Shown: piece by piece, positions 13,289-22,627 of the stretch
Layout of the letters: each line of letters begins with the position of its first letter
Numbering within the stretch: position 1 is the first letter of the stretch
Source of the DNA: an uncultured Acidobacteriota bacterium
Lineage (GTDB): Bacteria; Acidobacteriota; Thermoanaerobaculia; Multivoradales; JAHEKO01
Length of the DNA stretch: 64,000 nt
Assembly: GCA_963713825.1 (NCBI GenBank)
Contig: CAVQNG010000003.1
Coordinates: 704,001 to 768,000 of the forward strand
Direction: 5' to 3'
Notes under the pieces: model-generated
What the model saw: the letters and a program-made list of their open reading frames with translations, nothing else
Databases searched by the model: none
Told to the model about the DNA's origin: nothing
Made by a program: the position numbers and the translations under genes

Positions 13289-15340
13289 CTATGCGTAGAG
13301 ACTGTTGATGTAGTTGATCCGATCCCCATCCAGAATCGCGAGTCGTAGCGCATCCATGAGAAAGAAGTACGTCAGGTCTACCTCGCCCTCGGCTTCCCCT
13401 TCGAGTGTTCCCTCAGGGTCCTGGCGGTCGAATCGTACCCGGAATCCTGGCCCGGTGAACGCGATCTCGTTCGCCTCGGCCCGCAGCTCGAACTCCTGGC
13501 CTTCGAAGCGGCCCAGCACCTCGTCGCGACCGGCCCGTCGCGCCATCTGGAAGCCATCCAACTCGATCGACGTCCTCCAGTCTTCAGCCCGCCGAAAGAA
13601 ACGCGGTTTGACGACGTAGGGCCCTCCATCTTCGGGGCAGAAGACGTCGCAGTTGCCGCACTCGTTGCAAAAGTCGGCGAAGGTGCCGATCTGGTGTCGC
13701 TCCTCGAGTCTCAGAGATCCCGTCTGCGCCCAATCCCAGCCTTCGGATCGCCGTTGCACCTTGACGACGGGAATCTCATCTCCTTCGATACGGTAGGTGA
13801 AGTTGGCATCATTGGGGCAGACCGGTACGCAGATGTCACAGGTGATGCAGTCGAACAGCTGCAGGTGGCGGCCGATCTTACGCGGTGCGGTGGCGTTGCG
13901 CTCCCGCCCGTAGCGGGGATCCCGTTCCACGGCCTCGACATAGCGTTCCGTGTTCAGCACCTTGGCAGCAGAGACCCACTGGCTGAACAGATCTTCTCCG
14001 GCCGCTTGTCTGAGGTCAGCCTCGTCCGACAGCGCTAGCAGGCAGGCCTCGCGAACTGGCGCTTCCGGGACTAACTCCAACTGGTCGAGGGCCTCTCGGC
14101 CCAGGTCATGCGCTCGCACGATGAAGTCGTCGATGGTCGGGGCGCCCACCTGCTCCATGCGTCGGGCCAGCTCTGCATGGTAGGCCTGCATTCGTCCATA
14201 ACCGCCCTTCTTCAGTAGGTCCGTGCAGACCGTCACCGGCACCAGGCCCAATGCCACCGCGTCCGGGAAATTGACGCTATCGATGCCAGCTGAGAACGAC
14301 ACCGGGATACGATCGCCGAAGTGCCGTCGAAAACGCCGCACCAGATGCATGGCAAGAACGTGGAGTGGCGGTCCCGACAAATAGACCTCCCTCTCGCTCT
14401 CCGGCAGGAATCCCTGGTTGTTTTCGACGATCAGAGTGTTGGTGAACTTCGCACCCAGACCCAAATCGAGAGCCCTGGCTTTTTGCTCCAGTCGCTCCAT
14501 CATGGCAACGGCTTGCTCCCAGGTCGTATCCCGCTCGAAAGCGCTGGCCGGCACGCGGATATCGTGGTAACCGAGGCTGTCGTGCAGCAGGTGCGCGGTC
14601 TTCTCGCGGCCGAGCAGCATGGGATTGAACTTGACGACGCAGTTGAGCCGATACTCCTGCATCAGAAACAGGATGATGCCTTCGATCTCCTCTGGAGGAC
14701 AGCCGTGAAAGGTGCTCAGGGTGACCGTGTCCGCCAGGGAGTTGGAGAAATCCAGATCGCGCAGCTCGCCCAGCTCAGAGGGAATCTCTTGGCGCAGCCG
14801 TTCGATGGTTTCGCCGGCGCTCATCATCCCTTCAATGAACGATCGAACCCTGTCCGAACGGATGCCGGCGAGGTCGTATCCCACACTCAGGTCGTAAACG
14901 ATCTCTCGGCACCCCTGCACCCCTTCGATCTGGCCGCTGTCGGCGAGCATCTCGATCAGCATCGAGCCCTTCACGTACTCGTTCAGTGACTCTTCCAGCT
15001 TGAGCTCCTGGGACCACTCGGCGTTGAAGCCTACAGTCCGCATGTCGATGCAGGGGCGTGGAATCTCCAGGTCGTCGAGAACTTGGACGGTCTTCAGCTC
15101 CAGGATCCGGGCGCCGCCCAACCAGGCCAGAACGAGGTTCTGCGCCATCTGGGTCTGGGGGCCGGCCGCCGGGCCCAGCGGGCTGGGTACCCGGTGGCGG
15201 TGAAAGTCGACCGCGAAGTCCTGCCCATGCTTTGGGGAGAAGAACCGACTCCGCGGCAAGTCGAAGATCGATCCGCATGCCGCCAGCTCTCGGAACATGC
15301 GCCGCGTCAGCGCGGCAAAAGGATAGGGCGTCAGGTTCAA
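13289..15340 (-). CDS. ygfK: YgfK-like oxidoreductase (FMN TIM-barrel + C-terminal 2x[4Fe-4S]), lacking the central FAD/NADPH module
   Basis: GPAAGPQTQMAQN, ELKTVQ, RPCID, STFHGCPP and CTDLLKKGG motifs; CITCDICVPVCP and CNECGNCDVFCP. TTG start overlaps the upstream TGA. Confidence 0.85.
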   Translation of the reverse strand: MNLTPYPFAALTRRMFRELAACGSIFDLPRSRFFSPKHGQDFAVDFHRHRVPSPLGPAAGPQTQMAQNLVLAWLGGARILELKTVQVLDDLEIPRPCIDMRTVGFNAEWSQELKLEESLNEYVKGSMLIEMLADSGQIEGVQGCREIVYDLSVGYDLAGIRSDRVRSFIEGMMSAGETIERLRQEIPSELGELRDLDFSNSLADTVTLSTFHGCPPEEIEGIILFLMQEYRLNCVVKFNPMLLGREKTAHLLHDSLGYHDIRVPASAFERDTTWEQAVAMMERLEQKARALDLGLGAKFTNTLIVENNQGFLPESEREVYLSGPPLHVLAMHLVRRFRRHFGDRIPVSFSAGIDSVNFPDAVALGLVPVTVCTDLLKKGGYGRMQAYHAELARRMEQVGAPTIDDFIVRAHDLGREALDQLELVPEAPVREACLLALSDEADLRQAAGEDLFSQWVSAAKVLNTERYVEAVERDPRYGRERNATAPRKIGRHLQLFDCITCDICVPVCPNDANFTYRIEGDEIPVVKVQRRSEGWDWAQTGSLRLEERHQIGTFADFCNECGNCDVFCPEDGGPYVVKPRFFRRAEDWRTSIELDGFQMARRAGRDEVLGRFEGQEFELRAEANEIAFTGPGFRVRFDRQDPEGTLEGEAEGEVDLTYFFLMDALRLAILDGDRINYINSLYA

Positions 15341-16761
15341 CTGCCCATGTCCTCGGTAAAGACCGACCGGGGAGGGGCGTGCGGATAAGCCCACTTGCGA
15401 ACCGCGACCGCCTCTTTGACGTGGTCGATGACCTGAAGCGAGATCTCCGTGACGATCTGTTCCAGTTCTCCTTCAGTCATCTCCACGATGAGACCGTCCA
15501 CGGCATCACCGATCATGGCCTCTACGACTGTATGCCCCTCCTCGCTGGAAAGCGTGGCCGACAGCGTGTCGGCGAACGCATTGAAGACCACCTGTCCCAC
15601 GGTGACTACGAGCGGTCTCAGAACGGCATCCGGTAGAGGCACCATTCGCAGGGCGTCAGCACTTTCCACGGCCTGCTCCAGGTTGGTGTTCATGAAGCCC
15701 CTTGCCTGTTCCCTGACTTCCTCGCTGGTCAGGATCTCCTGCAACTGATTGGCCAGCTCGCGGCTCAAAGCGTCGCGGTGAGTCGTAGCGACCGAGCGGA
15801 TGATCTTCTGGTGGGTCCCGTCACGGATCTCGGCCTGGGTCTCGTTGAGGATGCGCAGCGACACCATGTCGGAGATCTCTTCGCTGATGATGTTGGCGAA
15901 GTACTTGACTGTGCGGCTGATGACGTCGTCCCCTACCTTCGAGTATTCGCTCTGGTGCAGGCGAATGTAGATGGAAGCCACCCGAAACAGACGGAAGAGC
16001 CGGAATTGCTTGAGCGGAATGATTCCCAGCAGGTCGTACCAGTGGAACAGCGGGTACAGAAACCAGGTGGCATAAGTCCCACGACGAACCGAGACGAACC
16101 AACCGATGAAGAACTCCGCCGCGAAGATCAGCAGAAAGGGGAGATCGATCTTCCAGAAATTGTCGGTGAGATTGCCGCCCAGATCATAGGTTCGGTAGAA
16201 GTTGACCTCCATCAGGGGTCGCACTGTGTCGTCGAAGAACTGAACCCGCCCGGGAAGCCTCTGAGGGTCCGGCTGCAGCGACCAGAAGTATGGGAGGCCT
16301 TCCTCGCTGGTCACTCCTTCCATGACGGCCATTCCGCCCGGCTCCTCTTGGAGGTACAGCTGCATTTCCTTGAGACTGCGAATCAGGCTCCGGGTCAGCC
16401 CCGAGCGCTCGAACGGGTTCTCCTTCACAATCGTCACGGAGAGCCCTTGTAACTCCACAAGTGTCGTTTCGAGCTCGAAGGGTGGCGCCGCCGCTTCGAG
16501 CTGCTCTTCGAGGCGATCGACGAGCGCCAAGGTTGCCGTCGTGAGCGGCTCGGGCTCGATGCCCTTGACCGGATCGTAGATTCGCGTGATCGACGGAAGG
16601 TGCCGGAAATAGACGGGGCGTAGCCAGAGGTAAGTGAGATCGAACAGGATCAGGCCCAGGTTCACGATGGCCAGATAGACCATCAAGAAGTCCCAAGCCA
16701 ACCGTGGCGTGAGACTCCTCCCGAAGGCTCGTAGCCGAGCGAATCTGCCTTCCCTGCTCAT
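15337..16761 (-). CDS. Ion-transport-family membrane protein with a voltage-sensor-like S1-S4 bundle and no evident pore
   Basis: Transmembrane segments with IFAAEF (S2), WYDLLGIIP (S3) and FRLFRLFRV (S4); long helical C-terminus. ATG at 16761 preferred. Confidence 0.75.
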   Translation of the reverse strand: MSREGRFARLRAFGRSLTPRLAWDFLMVYLAIVNLGLILFDLTYLWLRPVYFRHLPSITRIYDPVKGIEPEPLTTATLALVDRLEEQLEAAAPPFELETTLVELQGLSVTIVKENPFERSGLTRSLIRSLKEMQLYLQEEPGGMAVMEGVTSEEGLPYFWSLQPDPQRLPGRVQFFDDTVRPLMEVNFYRTYDLGGNLTDNFWKIDLPFLLIFAAEFFIGWFVSVRRGTYATWFLYPLFHWYDLLGIIPLKQFRLFRLFRVASIYIRLHQSEYSKVGDDVISRTVKYFANIISEEISDMVSLRILNETQAEIRDGTHQKIIRSVATTHRDALSRELANQLQEILTSEEVREQARGFMNTNLEQAVESADALRMVPLPDAVLRPLVVTVGQVVFNAFADTLSATLSSEEGHTVVEAMIGDAVDGLIVEMTEGELEQIVTEISLQVIDHVKEAVAVRKWAYPHAPPRSVFTEDMGS

Positions 16762-16845
16762 GACCAGAGTCAAGCGTAACGCATACCCGCCTGCTTTGGC
16801 TTTGGCGGATTGCACATTGCGCTGTCTCGCGTGGCAGGGCCGTGG

Positions 16846-17190
16846 TTAGTCCTGGCGCAGAACCACGTCACCGTCGCCGGTGGTGATCTGGATGGTGCCC
16901 TGGCCGTCACCAATGCGGCCAGAGGTGCGGCGTCGGAGCCTTCGACCTCGATGCTCCCCTCGCAGCGCTCGAGAGTCACATCGCCATCACTCGTTCGGAT
17001 GCTGCCTCGACTGGTCTCGCAATCGCGGATCTGAATATCCCCATCCTGGCCCCGGATCCTGAAGCCAACCTGCAATCCAGCGATTCTGATGTCGCCGTCA
17101 CTCGACTCGAGGGCGATGTCGGCGCCCCAGTCCTGGATCGACACATTCCCGTCCTGGCCTTCGAGCTCGAGAGCGACCCGCGGTACCGAC
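16846..17190 (-). pseudogene. Remnant of a DUF4097 / adhesin-like beta-strand repeat protein
   Basis: Repeated xDGD(I/V)x units (GQDGNV, SSDGDI, GQDGDI, TSDGDV). The C-terminus GRIGDGQGTIQITTGDGDVVLRQD* is in another frame. No N-terminal signal region; the 5' limit is approximate. Confidence 0.7.
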
Positions 17191-17222
17191 TTCCAAAGCC
17201 GCTCGTAGTAGATTGGGCGTCC

Positions 17223-19118
17223 ATGTCGGACTCCTTCGCTCCCGTTCGCCAGGTGGCCTTGCTCTTTCTGGTACTCGCCGCCTCTTCCCTGGAGCCGGTT
17301 GGAGCGCAGGAGTCACCTGGGTTCGCGGACACTCGCTCGCGACTCGTCAGTCTTCACACCGATCGGTTGACCTCCGGCTGGCTGAAGACTCATGGCGTGC
17401 CCGGTGCTGTGGTGGCCCTCGTCAAAGACAGGCGTCCGCTGCTGGTCAAGGGCTACGGCGTGGCCGACTTGGCCTCCGGCGTGCCAATGGATCCCGAACG
17501 CACGCTCGTCCATGCCTCCTCTCTTGCCACACCCTTGACAGCGACCGCTCTGCTCCAGTTGGTCGATGCTGGACTTCTGGATCTGGGAGCCGACATCGAC
17601 TCCTATCTTCAGACCCTGCGAATCCAACCGACGTTTCCGGAGCCTGTTACCGCCAAGCGGCTTCTGGTTCATAGCGCCGGGTTCGACGCCCGGATCATCG
17701 CTCGTCAGGTTCACTACCCCGAGGAGCTCCAGCCACTGCAGGACTACCTGGCTGCCAGAATGCCACCCAGGATCCGGCCACCAGGCGAGGTCAGCATCTA
17801 CTCCGAGCACAGCTACGCCCTGGCGGGATTGCTGATCGAAGAGATCTCCGGCGCCCCGTTTGCCGCCTACATGCGTCGAAACGTGTTCTTGCCTTTGGGA
17901 ATGCGCCGGAGCTCATTTGCTTGGACGCCGGAGCTCGCGACCTCCGTGGCGACGGGCTATGGATTGGTAGGCACAGATCTCGAGCCGGTGCCAAGGGATC
18001 TCCGGCAGACGGTGCCGGCTTTCATGTTGGCGACCACCGCCTCGGACGCGGCCCACTGGATGCTGGCCCTGCTCAATCAGGGCGCCTTCGAAGGGCACCG
18101 CATCCTCAGCAGCGAAAGCGCTTCTCTGATGCTGTCGCGGCAATTCACCCACCATCCTGCGCTCGTCGGCAGGAGCTTTGGCTTGCGCGAAGGCCACCAC
18201 TTCGAGTCCGGCGAGTTCTTTCAGGTGGGCACGAGCTCGGGTTTCTCTTCGGCGGTTGTGCTGCTTCCTGCTCGACGCCTCGGACTCTTTGTGGCGGGCA
18301 ATGGTCGAACTCCTATCTGGGGATTGGTCGACGCCATCCTGAGGCCTTTTGTGGGCCGAGCTCCAAGCCCCCTCCCCCTAGATGAGGAGCCCTCCGAGGA
18401 CCGCGCTCTCGGGGTAGCCGGGTTCTATCGCGAGACCGGCATCCCGCTGACCAGCCTCGAGAAGCTGGCTACCCTGATCCGTCAGGATCGCCTGGTCGAG
18501 TCGGCCGCAGGCGACCTGGTCTGGCGGTCTCGCACATTCAGACCGGCGGAAGAGCCGTTGCTCTATCGAGAGATGGACTCGGGCGAGCCCTTGGCCCTGG
18601 TGAGCGGGACATCCAAGACCTGGTACCTGGCATTCTCGTGGGGACTCATGGAGGGCGTCTCCTGGTTCGACAGCCGACCGGTGCAGCTCACCCTCTGGGT
18701 CGTGTTTGCGGCCCTCTTTCTGGCGGCATCGGCCTTGCCGACGAGCCGGTTTCCGGCCCGGCAGGCCAGCCTGACTCCGCCGGACTCCTTTCGTCCTCGC
18801 TGGCCCCTCTACTGCGCTTCCCTCGCGGCTCTCTTTCATCTGGCCTTCCTCATCACCCTGGCCACCACACTGGCCTGGGCCCTTGGAGAGGGAGCCCAGA
18901 GTCTGGCCTTCGGTGTCCCCCTCGCCCTCCGCCTGGTATTAGGCCTGCCTTTGATCGGAGCAGCCCTGACCCTGCCCGCCCTGCTTGGCACGATTCGCGC
19001 CTGGTTGGCGAGATCCTGGACTCTCGGTCATCGTCTCCGCTTGACCTTCACCGTTGTCGCGTTGTTGCTGTTCCTGCCGTTTCTCCGCACCTGGAATATG
19101 CTGGGGTTCCATTTTTGA
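17223..19118 (+). CDS. Serine hydrolase / beta-lactamase-fold protein with signal peptide and C-terminal TM helices; catalytic motifs degenerate
   Basis: VPGAVVALV..GYGVAD, LLVHSAG and LPLGM scaffold; SxxK reads SLAT and YSN reads YSE. Confidence 0.82.
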   Translation: MSDSFAPVRQVALLFLVLAASSLEPVGAQESPGFADTRSRLVSLHTDRLTSGWLKTHGVPGAVVALVKDRRPLLVKGYGVADLASGVPMDPERTLVHASSLATPLTATALLQLVDAGLLDLGADIDSYLQTLRIQPTFPEPVTAKRLLVHSAGFDARIIARQVHYPEELQPLQDYLAARMPPRIRPPGEVSIYSEHSYALAGLLIEEISGAPFAAYMRRNVFLPLGMRRSSFAWTPELATSVATGYGLVGTDLEPVPRDLRQTVPAFMLATTASDAAHWMLALLNQGAFEGHRILSSESASLMLSRQFTHHPALVGRSFGLREGHHFESGEFFQVGTSSGFSSAVVLLPARRLGLFVAGNGRTPIWGLVDAILRPFVGRAPSPLPLDEEPSEDRALGVAGFYRETGIPLTSLEKLATLIRQDRLVESAAGDLVWRSRTFRPAEEPLLYREMDSGEPLALVSGTSKTWYLAFSWGLMEGVSWFDSRPVQLTLWVVFAALFLAASALPTSRFPARQASLTPPDSFRPRWPLYCASLAALFHLAFLITLATTLAWALGEGAQSLAFGVPLALRLVLGLPLIGAALTLPALLGTIRAWLARSWTLGHRLRLTFTVVALLLFLPFLRTWNMLGFHF

Positions 19119-19202
19119 GTGGAGCTTCCAACGCTCACTCCGCCATGGTTCGTGGCACAATGCAGCACGGCTAGACCTAGACGCTTGGGAGGGTCGATCT
19201 CT

Positions 19203-20330
19203 ATGCAACAGACTCGTATCACAGCCCTTTTCCTGACTGCACTGGTCGTCGGTTTCGGGGTCGCCTCGGGTGCCGATCTCGACCCCAACGCCGCGGCCCG
19301 CTTCGCCGGCCTGGCGCTCGATTGTGTGCATCGGGAGTATCCGAACAAGATCGCTCATGTCCTGGATAGCGACGAGGATGTCCAGCCGCCTCGACAGCTG
19401 ACACCGGTCTTCTATGGCTGCTACGACTGGCACTCGGCGGTGCATGGACACTGGCTGCTGGCACGGCTGGCGCGCTCCTTCCCCGGTACCGAGCTGGATC
19501 GCCAAGCCCGCGAAGCACTGGACAGGAGCTTCATCCCGCAGAACGTCCAGGGTGAAGTGGCCTATCTCGAGGGCTCGGGCAGGATTTCCTTCGAGCGTCC
19601 CTATGGCCTCGCCTGGCTCCTGCAATTGGCTGCCGAGTTCCGCCAATGGGACGACCCCAGGGCGCAGTGGTGGGCTTTTACCCTGGGTCCCCTCGAGAGG
19701 GTCGCCGTCGAGCGACTGACCGAATGGCTACCCAAGCTGACCGACCCCATTCGGGTCGGAGAGCACTCGCAGACCGCATTCGCTTTCGGTCTGATTCTGG
19801 ACTGGGCCCGCATCGCGGGCGATCAGGACATGACCGCTCTGATGGTGTCGCGGATCCGCGATTTCTACTTGCGTGACCGCAATTGCCCACTGTCCTACGA
19901 ACCCTCTGGCCAGGACTTCCTGTCCCCTTGCCTGGCCGAGGCCGATCTCGTGCGCCGGGTTCTGCCGCCCGCGGAGTTCGCGGCCTGGTTGGGGGCCTTC
20001 CTGCCGGAGATTCCCTTCGATGGCACGACGACCTGGCTGGAGCCCGCGGTGGTCACCGATCCAGAGGATCCGAAACTCGCCCACCTCGACGGCCTGAACC
20101 TGAGCCGCGCCTGGATGCTGGACGGTATCGCCTCCGGGTTACCCGCGGCGGATCCCCGCCTGGGCTCGATTCGGGGCGCCGCTGATCAGCACAGGAATGA
20201 TGGTCTCGGCTCGGTCACAGGCGAGCACTATGAAGGCGGCCATTGGCTGGGCAGCTTCGCCACCTATCTGGTCACGCAAAGGGGTCTTTCGAACCTGGCA
20301 GAACAGGAACAAGACGGCAAGAAGAAGTGA
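19203..20330 (+). CDS. DUF2891 family secreted protein
   Basis: EYPNK, FYGCYDWHSAVHGHW, FERPYGLAW, HLDGLNLSRAW and HWLGSFA motifs; signal peptide. Confidence 0.88.
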   Translation: MQQTRITALFLTALVVGFGVASGADLDPNAAARFAGLALDCVHREYPNKIAHVLDSDEDVQPPRQLTPVFYGCYDWHSAVHGHWLLARLARSFPGTELDRQAREALDRSFIPQNVQGEVAYLEGSGRISFERPYGLAWLLQLAAEFRQWDDPRAQWWAFTLGPLERVAVERLTEWLPKLTDPIRVGEHSQTAFAFGLILDWARIAGDQDMTALMVSRIRDFYLRDRNCPLSYEPSGQDFLSPCLAEADLVRRVLPPAEFAAWLGAFLPEIPFDGTTTWLEPAVVTDPEDPKLAHLDGLNLSRAWMLDGIASGLPAADPRLGSIRGAADQHRNDGLGSVTGEHYEGGHWLGSFATYLVTQRGLSNLAEQEQDGKKK

Positions 20331-20410
20331 GGTCGGTCTTGGGCAACCGTTGATCTCGGCCCCCTCCCTTCCCCCGCGCCACTCGTTGTCGCGATGAGAG
20401 TCCACCAGCC

Positions 20411-22153
20411 TTGCGCATTACAGACTCACAAGCCCTGTTCCGGCCGACCTACCGTCTGGTGCTGTACTGCGTCGTGGTGGGCCTGTTCGGAGCCCTGGCG
20501 GCCCTGGCCTTCGATTTCCTCGTCGACTGGGCCCAGAGGTTCCTGCTCGGTGGGATCGGTCACTTCCCGACTCCCGAGGTCACCCCGACCGAGACGCAGG
20601 TCTTCATTCCGCAGGGACTCGACCGGCTCTGGCTGCCCCTGGTAACCACCCTCGGAGGCTTGCTTAGCGGTTGGCTGGTCTATCGCTGGGCCCCCGAGGC
20701 CGAAGGACACGGTACCGACGCCGCCATCGCCGCCTACCATCGCCGCGGAGGCGAGGTTCGCGGCCGCATTCCTTTCATCAAGGCTATGGCTTCCGCTCTG
20801 ACAATCGGCTCGGGCGGTGTCGCGGGCCGGGAGGGACCCACGGCACAGATCGCCGTTGGATTGGGGACTTCCCTGGCACGTTGGGCTGGGCTGCGAGGCC
20901 AGGAGCGGCGATCTCTGCTGTTGGCCGGCATGGCAGCTGGACTCGCCGCGATGTTCCGCGCCCCCTTGGGGATGGCCATTTTCGCGGTGGAGATCCTCTA
21001 CTCGGGGATGGTGTTCGAGTCGGAGGCGCTGATCTATACGGTAATCGCTGCCGTGACCTCCTATGCCTTCTATGGTCTCTTTGCGGGTTGGGATCGCCTC
21101 TTCTTCATCCCCGATCCCCTGCGCTTCGAAGATGCGCCCCTGTCTCTGCTCAGTTTCGCGGTCCTCGGGATCCTCGCCGGCCTCCTCGGGGCCGTCCTGC
21201 CGACGATGCTCTACTGGGTACGAGACCGCTTTCGACGCCTGCCGGGACCACCCCATATCCGGCCCGCGATTGGCGGCCTCATGGTCGGTATCCTGGCGCT
21301 GGCCGCACCCGAGATTCTGGGAACCGGGTACGTCTGGGTCGAGTTGGCGATGCTCGAGAAGCTGTCGCTGACCACCATCCTGCTGCTGTTGATTCTCAAG
21401 GCACCTGCCATGGCCCTGACCATTGGGTCGGGCGGCTCGGGCGGGGTCTTCGCTCCCACCGTAACAATCGGCGGCATGCTGGGTGCGGCGATCGGGTTGC
21501 TCGTCAACCACCTCGCCCCGGCCGCCGGCATGCCCGTGGCCGCGTTCGTCGTCGTGGGGATGGCCGCGGTCTTCTCCGGCGCTGCCCGCACGCCGATCTC
21601 GACACTCATCATGGTGGCGGAGATGACGGGTGGATACGACCTCATCGTTCCCGCCATGTTGGCCAACATCCTGGCCTTCATGGTGCAAAGGTCCCTGACC
21701 GCGGGTAGCCGCTACCCGACGCTCTATGAATCCCAAGTTCCATCACGTGAGGACTCGCCGTTGCACCGCGGCGTCTTTGTCCGGCGAACTCTAGAGTTGC
21801 TCGACCAGGAAGGCGTCGAGACGAGCCAGTTTCGTCTGCCTCGCCTGGTGAATCTGTTGCGTTTCGGAGAGTCGATTCCAATCGCCGATGGCGAAGGAAA
21901 GCTCGTGGCACTCTGGGTCGGCCGCGGCTCCGAGTTGGCCGACCGAACCGTTGTCGAGACGCTCGGCAAGCTCCAAGGAGTGACAGCGGTGGCGGTGATG
22001 CGCAAAGGAGAGTTGCTGGTGCCCCGTGGGGATACCCGCTTTCGGGAGGGAGACCAGTTATTGGCGGTGACCGCTTCGGCCATCGATCGAGATCTGAGTC
22101 GCCTCGCCATGGCGACGAGCGAAGCTCACGAATCGGAGGTTTCGCCCGAATAA
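20411..22153 (+). CDS. ClC family chloride channel / Cl-/H+ antiporter with C-terminal TrkA-C (RCK-C) domain
   Basis: GHGTD, GREGP, FRAPL and GGVFAP motifs; C-terminal VMRKGELLVPRGDTRFREGD. Confidence 0.9.
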   Translation: MRITDSQALFRPTYRLVLYCVVVGLFGALAALAFDFLVDWAQRFLLGGIGHFPTPEVTPTETQVFIPQGLDRLWLPLVTTLGGLLSGWLVYRWAPEAEGHGTDAAIAAYHRRGGEVRGRIPFIKAMASALTIGSGGVAGREGPTAQIAVGLGTSLARWAGLRGQERRSLLLAGMAAGLAAMFRAPLGMAIFAVEILYSGMVFESEALIYTVIAAVTSYAFYGLFAGWDRLFFIPDPLRFEDAPLSLLSFAVLGILAGLLGAVLPTMLYWVRDRFRRLPGPPHIRPAIGGLMVGILALAAPEILGTGYVWVELAMLEKLSLTTILLLLILKAPAMALTIGSGGSGGVFAPTVTIGGMLGAAIGLLVNHLAPAAGMPVAAFVVVGMAAVFSGAARTPISTLIMVAEMTGGYDLIVPAMLANILAFMVQRSLTAGSRYPTLYESQVPSREDSPLHRGVFVRRTLELLDQEGVETSQFRLPRLVNLLRFGESIPIADGEGKLVALWVGRGSELADRTVVETLGKLQGVTAVAVMRKGELLVPRGDTRFREGDQLLAVTASAIDRDLSRLAMATSEAHESEVSPE

Positions 22154-22195
22154 GGCTTCTGATCAAGCCATTGATGTCGATTCTAGGAGGGAAGA

Positions 22196-22600
22196 ATGGC
22201 GATGATGAAAGTTACCTTTCCCGGTGGACTGGCTGTCGATGCCCATTGCAAAGGGCACTCGATTCACACCGACCAACCCGAGAAGAACGGCGGCGACGAC
22301 ACCGGTCCGGCTCCATTCGATCTCTTTCTGGCCTCGATTGCCACCTGCGCGGGACTTTACGCTTTGCGCTTCTGTGAAAAGAGGGGCTTTGCGGCCGAAG
22401 AGCTCGCAGTATCCCTGGAACCGGTACGGGACCCGGAGAACAAGCGGGTGGCGACCATTCGCATCGAGGTCCACCTGCCGCAGGGCTTTCCCGACAAGTA
22501 CCACTCTGCCGTCCTTCGGGCCATCGATCAATGCGCCGTCAAGCGGCACATCGTCAATCCACCCGACTTCGACGTTCAGATCGCCGGCTCGGACGCCTGA
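22196..22600 (+). CDS. OsmC/YcaO-N family protein
   Basis: TDQPEKNGG, PFDLFLASIATC and QCAVKRH motifs; AGGAGG RBS. Confidence 0.9.
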   Translation: MAMMKVTFPGGLAVDAHCKGHSIHTDQPEKNGGDDTGPAPFDLFLASIATCAGLYALRFCEKRGFAAEELAVSLEPVRDPENKRVATIRIEVHLPQGFPDKYHSAVLRAIDQCAVKRHIVNPPDFDVQIAGSDA

Positions 22601-22627
22601 TCCCGGTCGTTCACCAGGAGATCTCTG

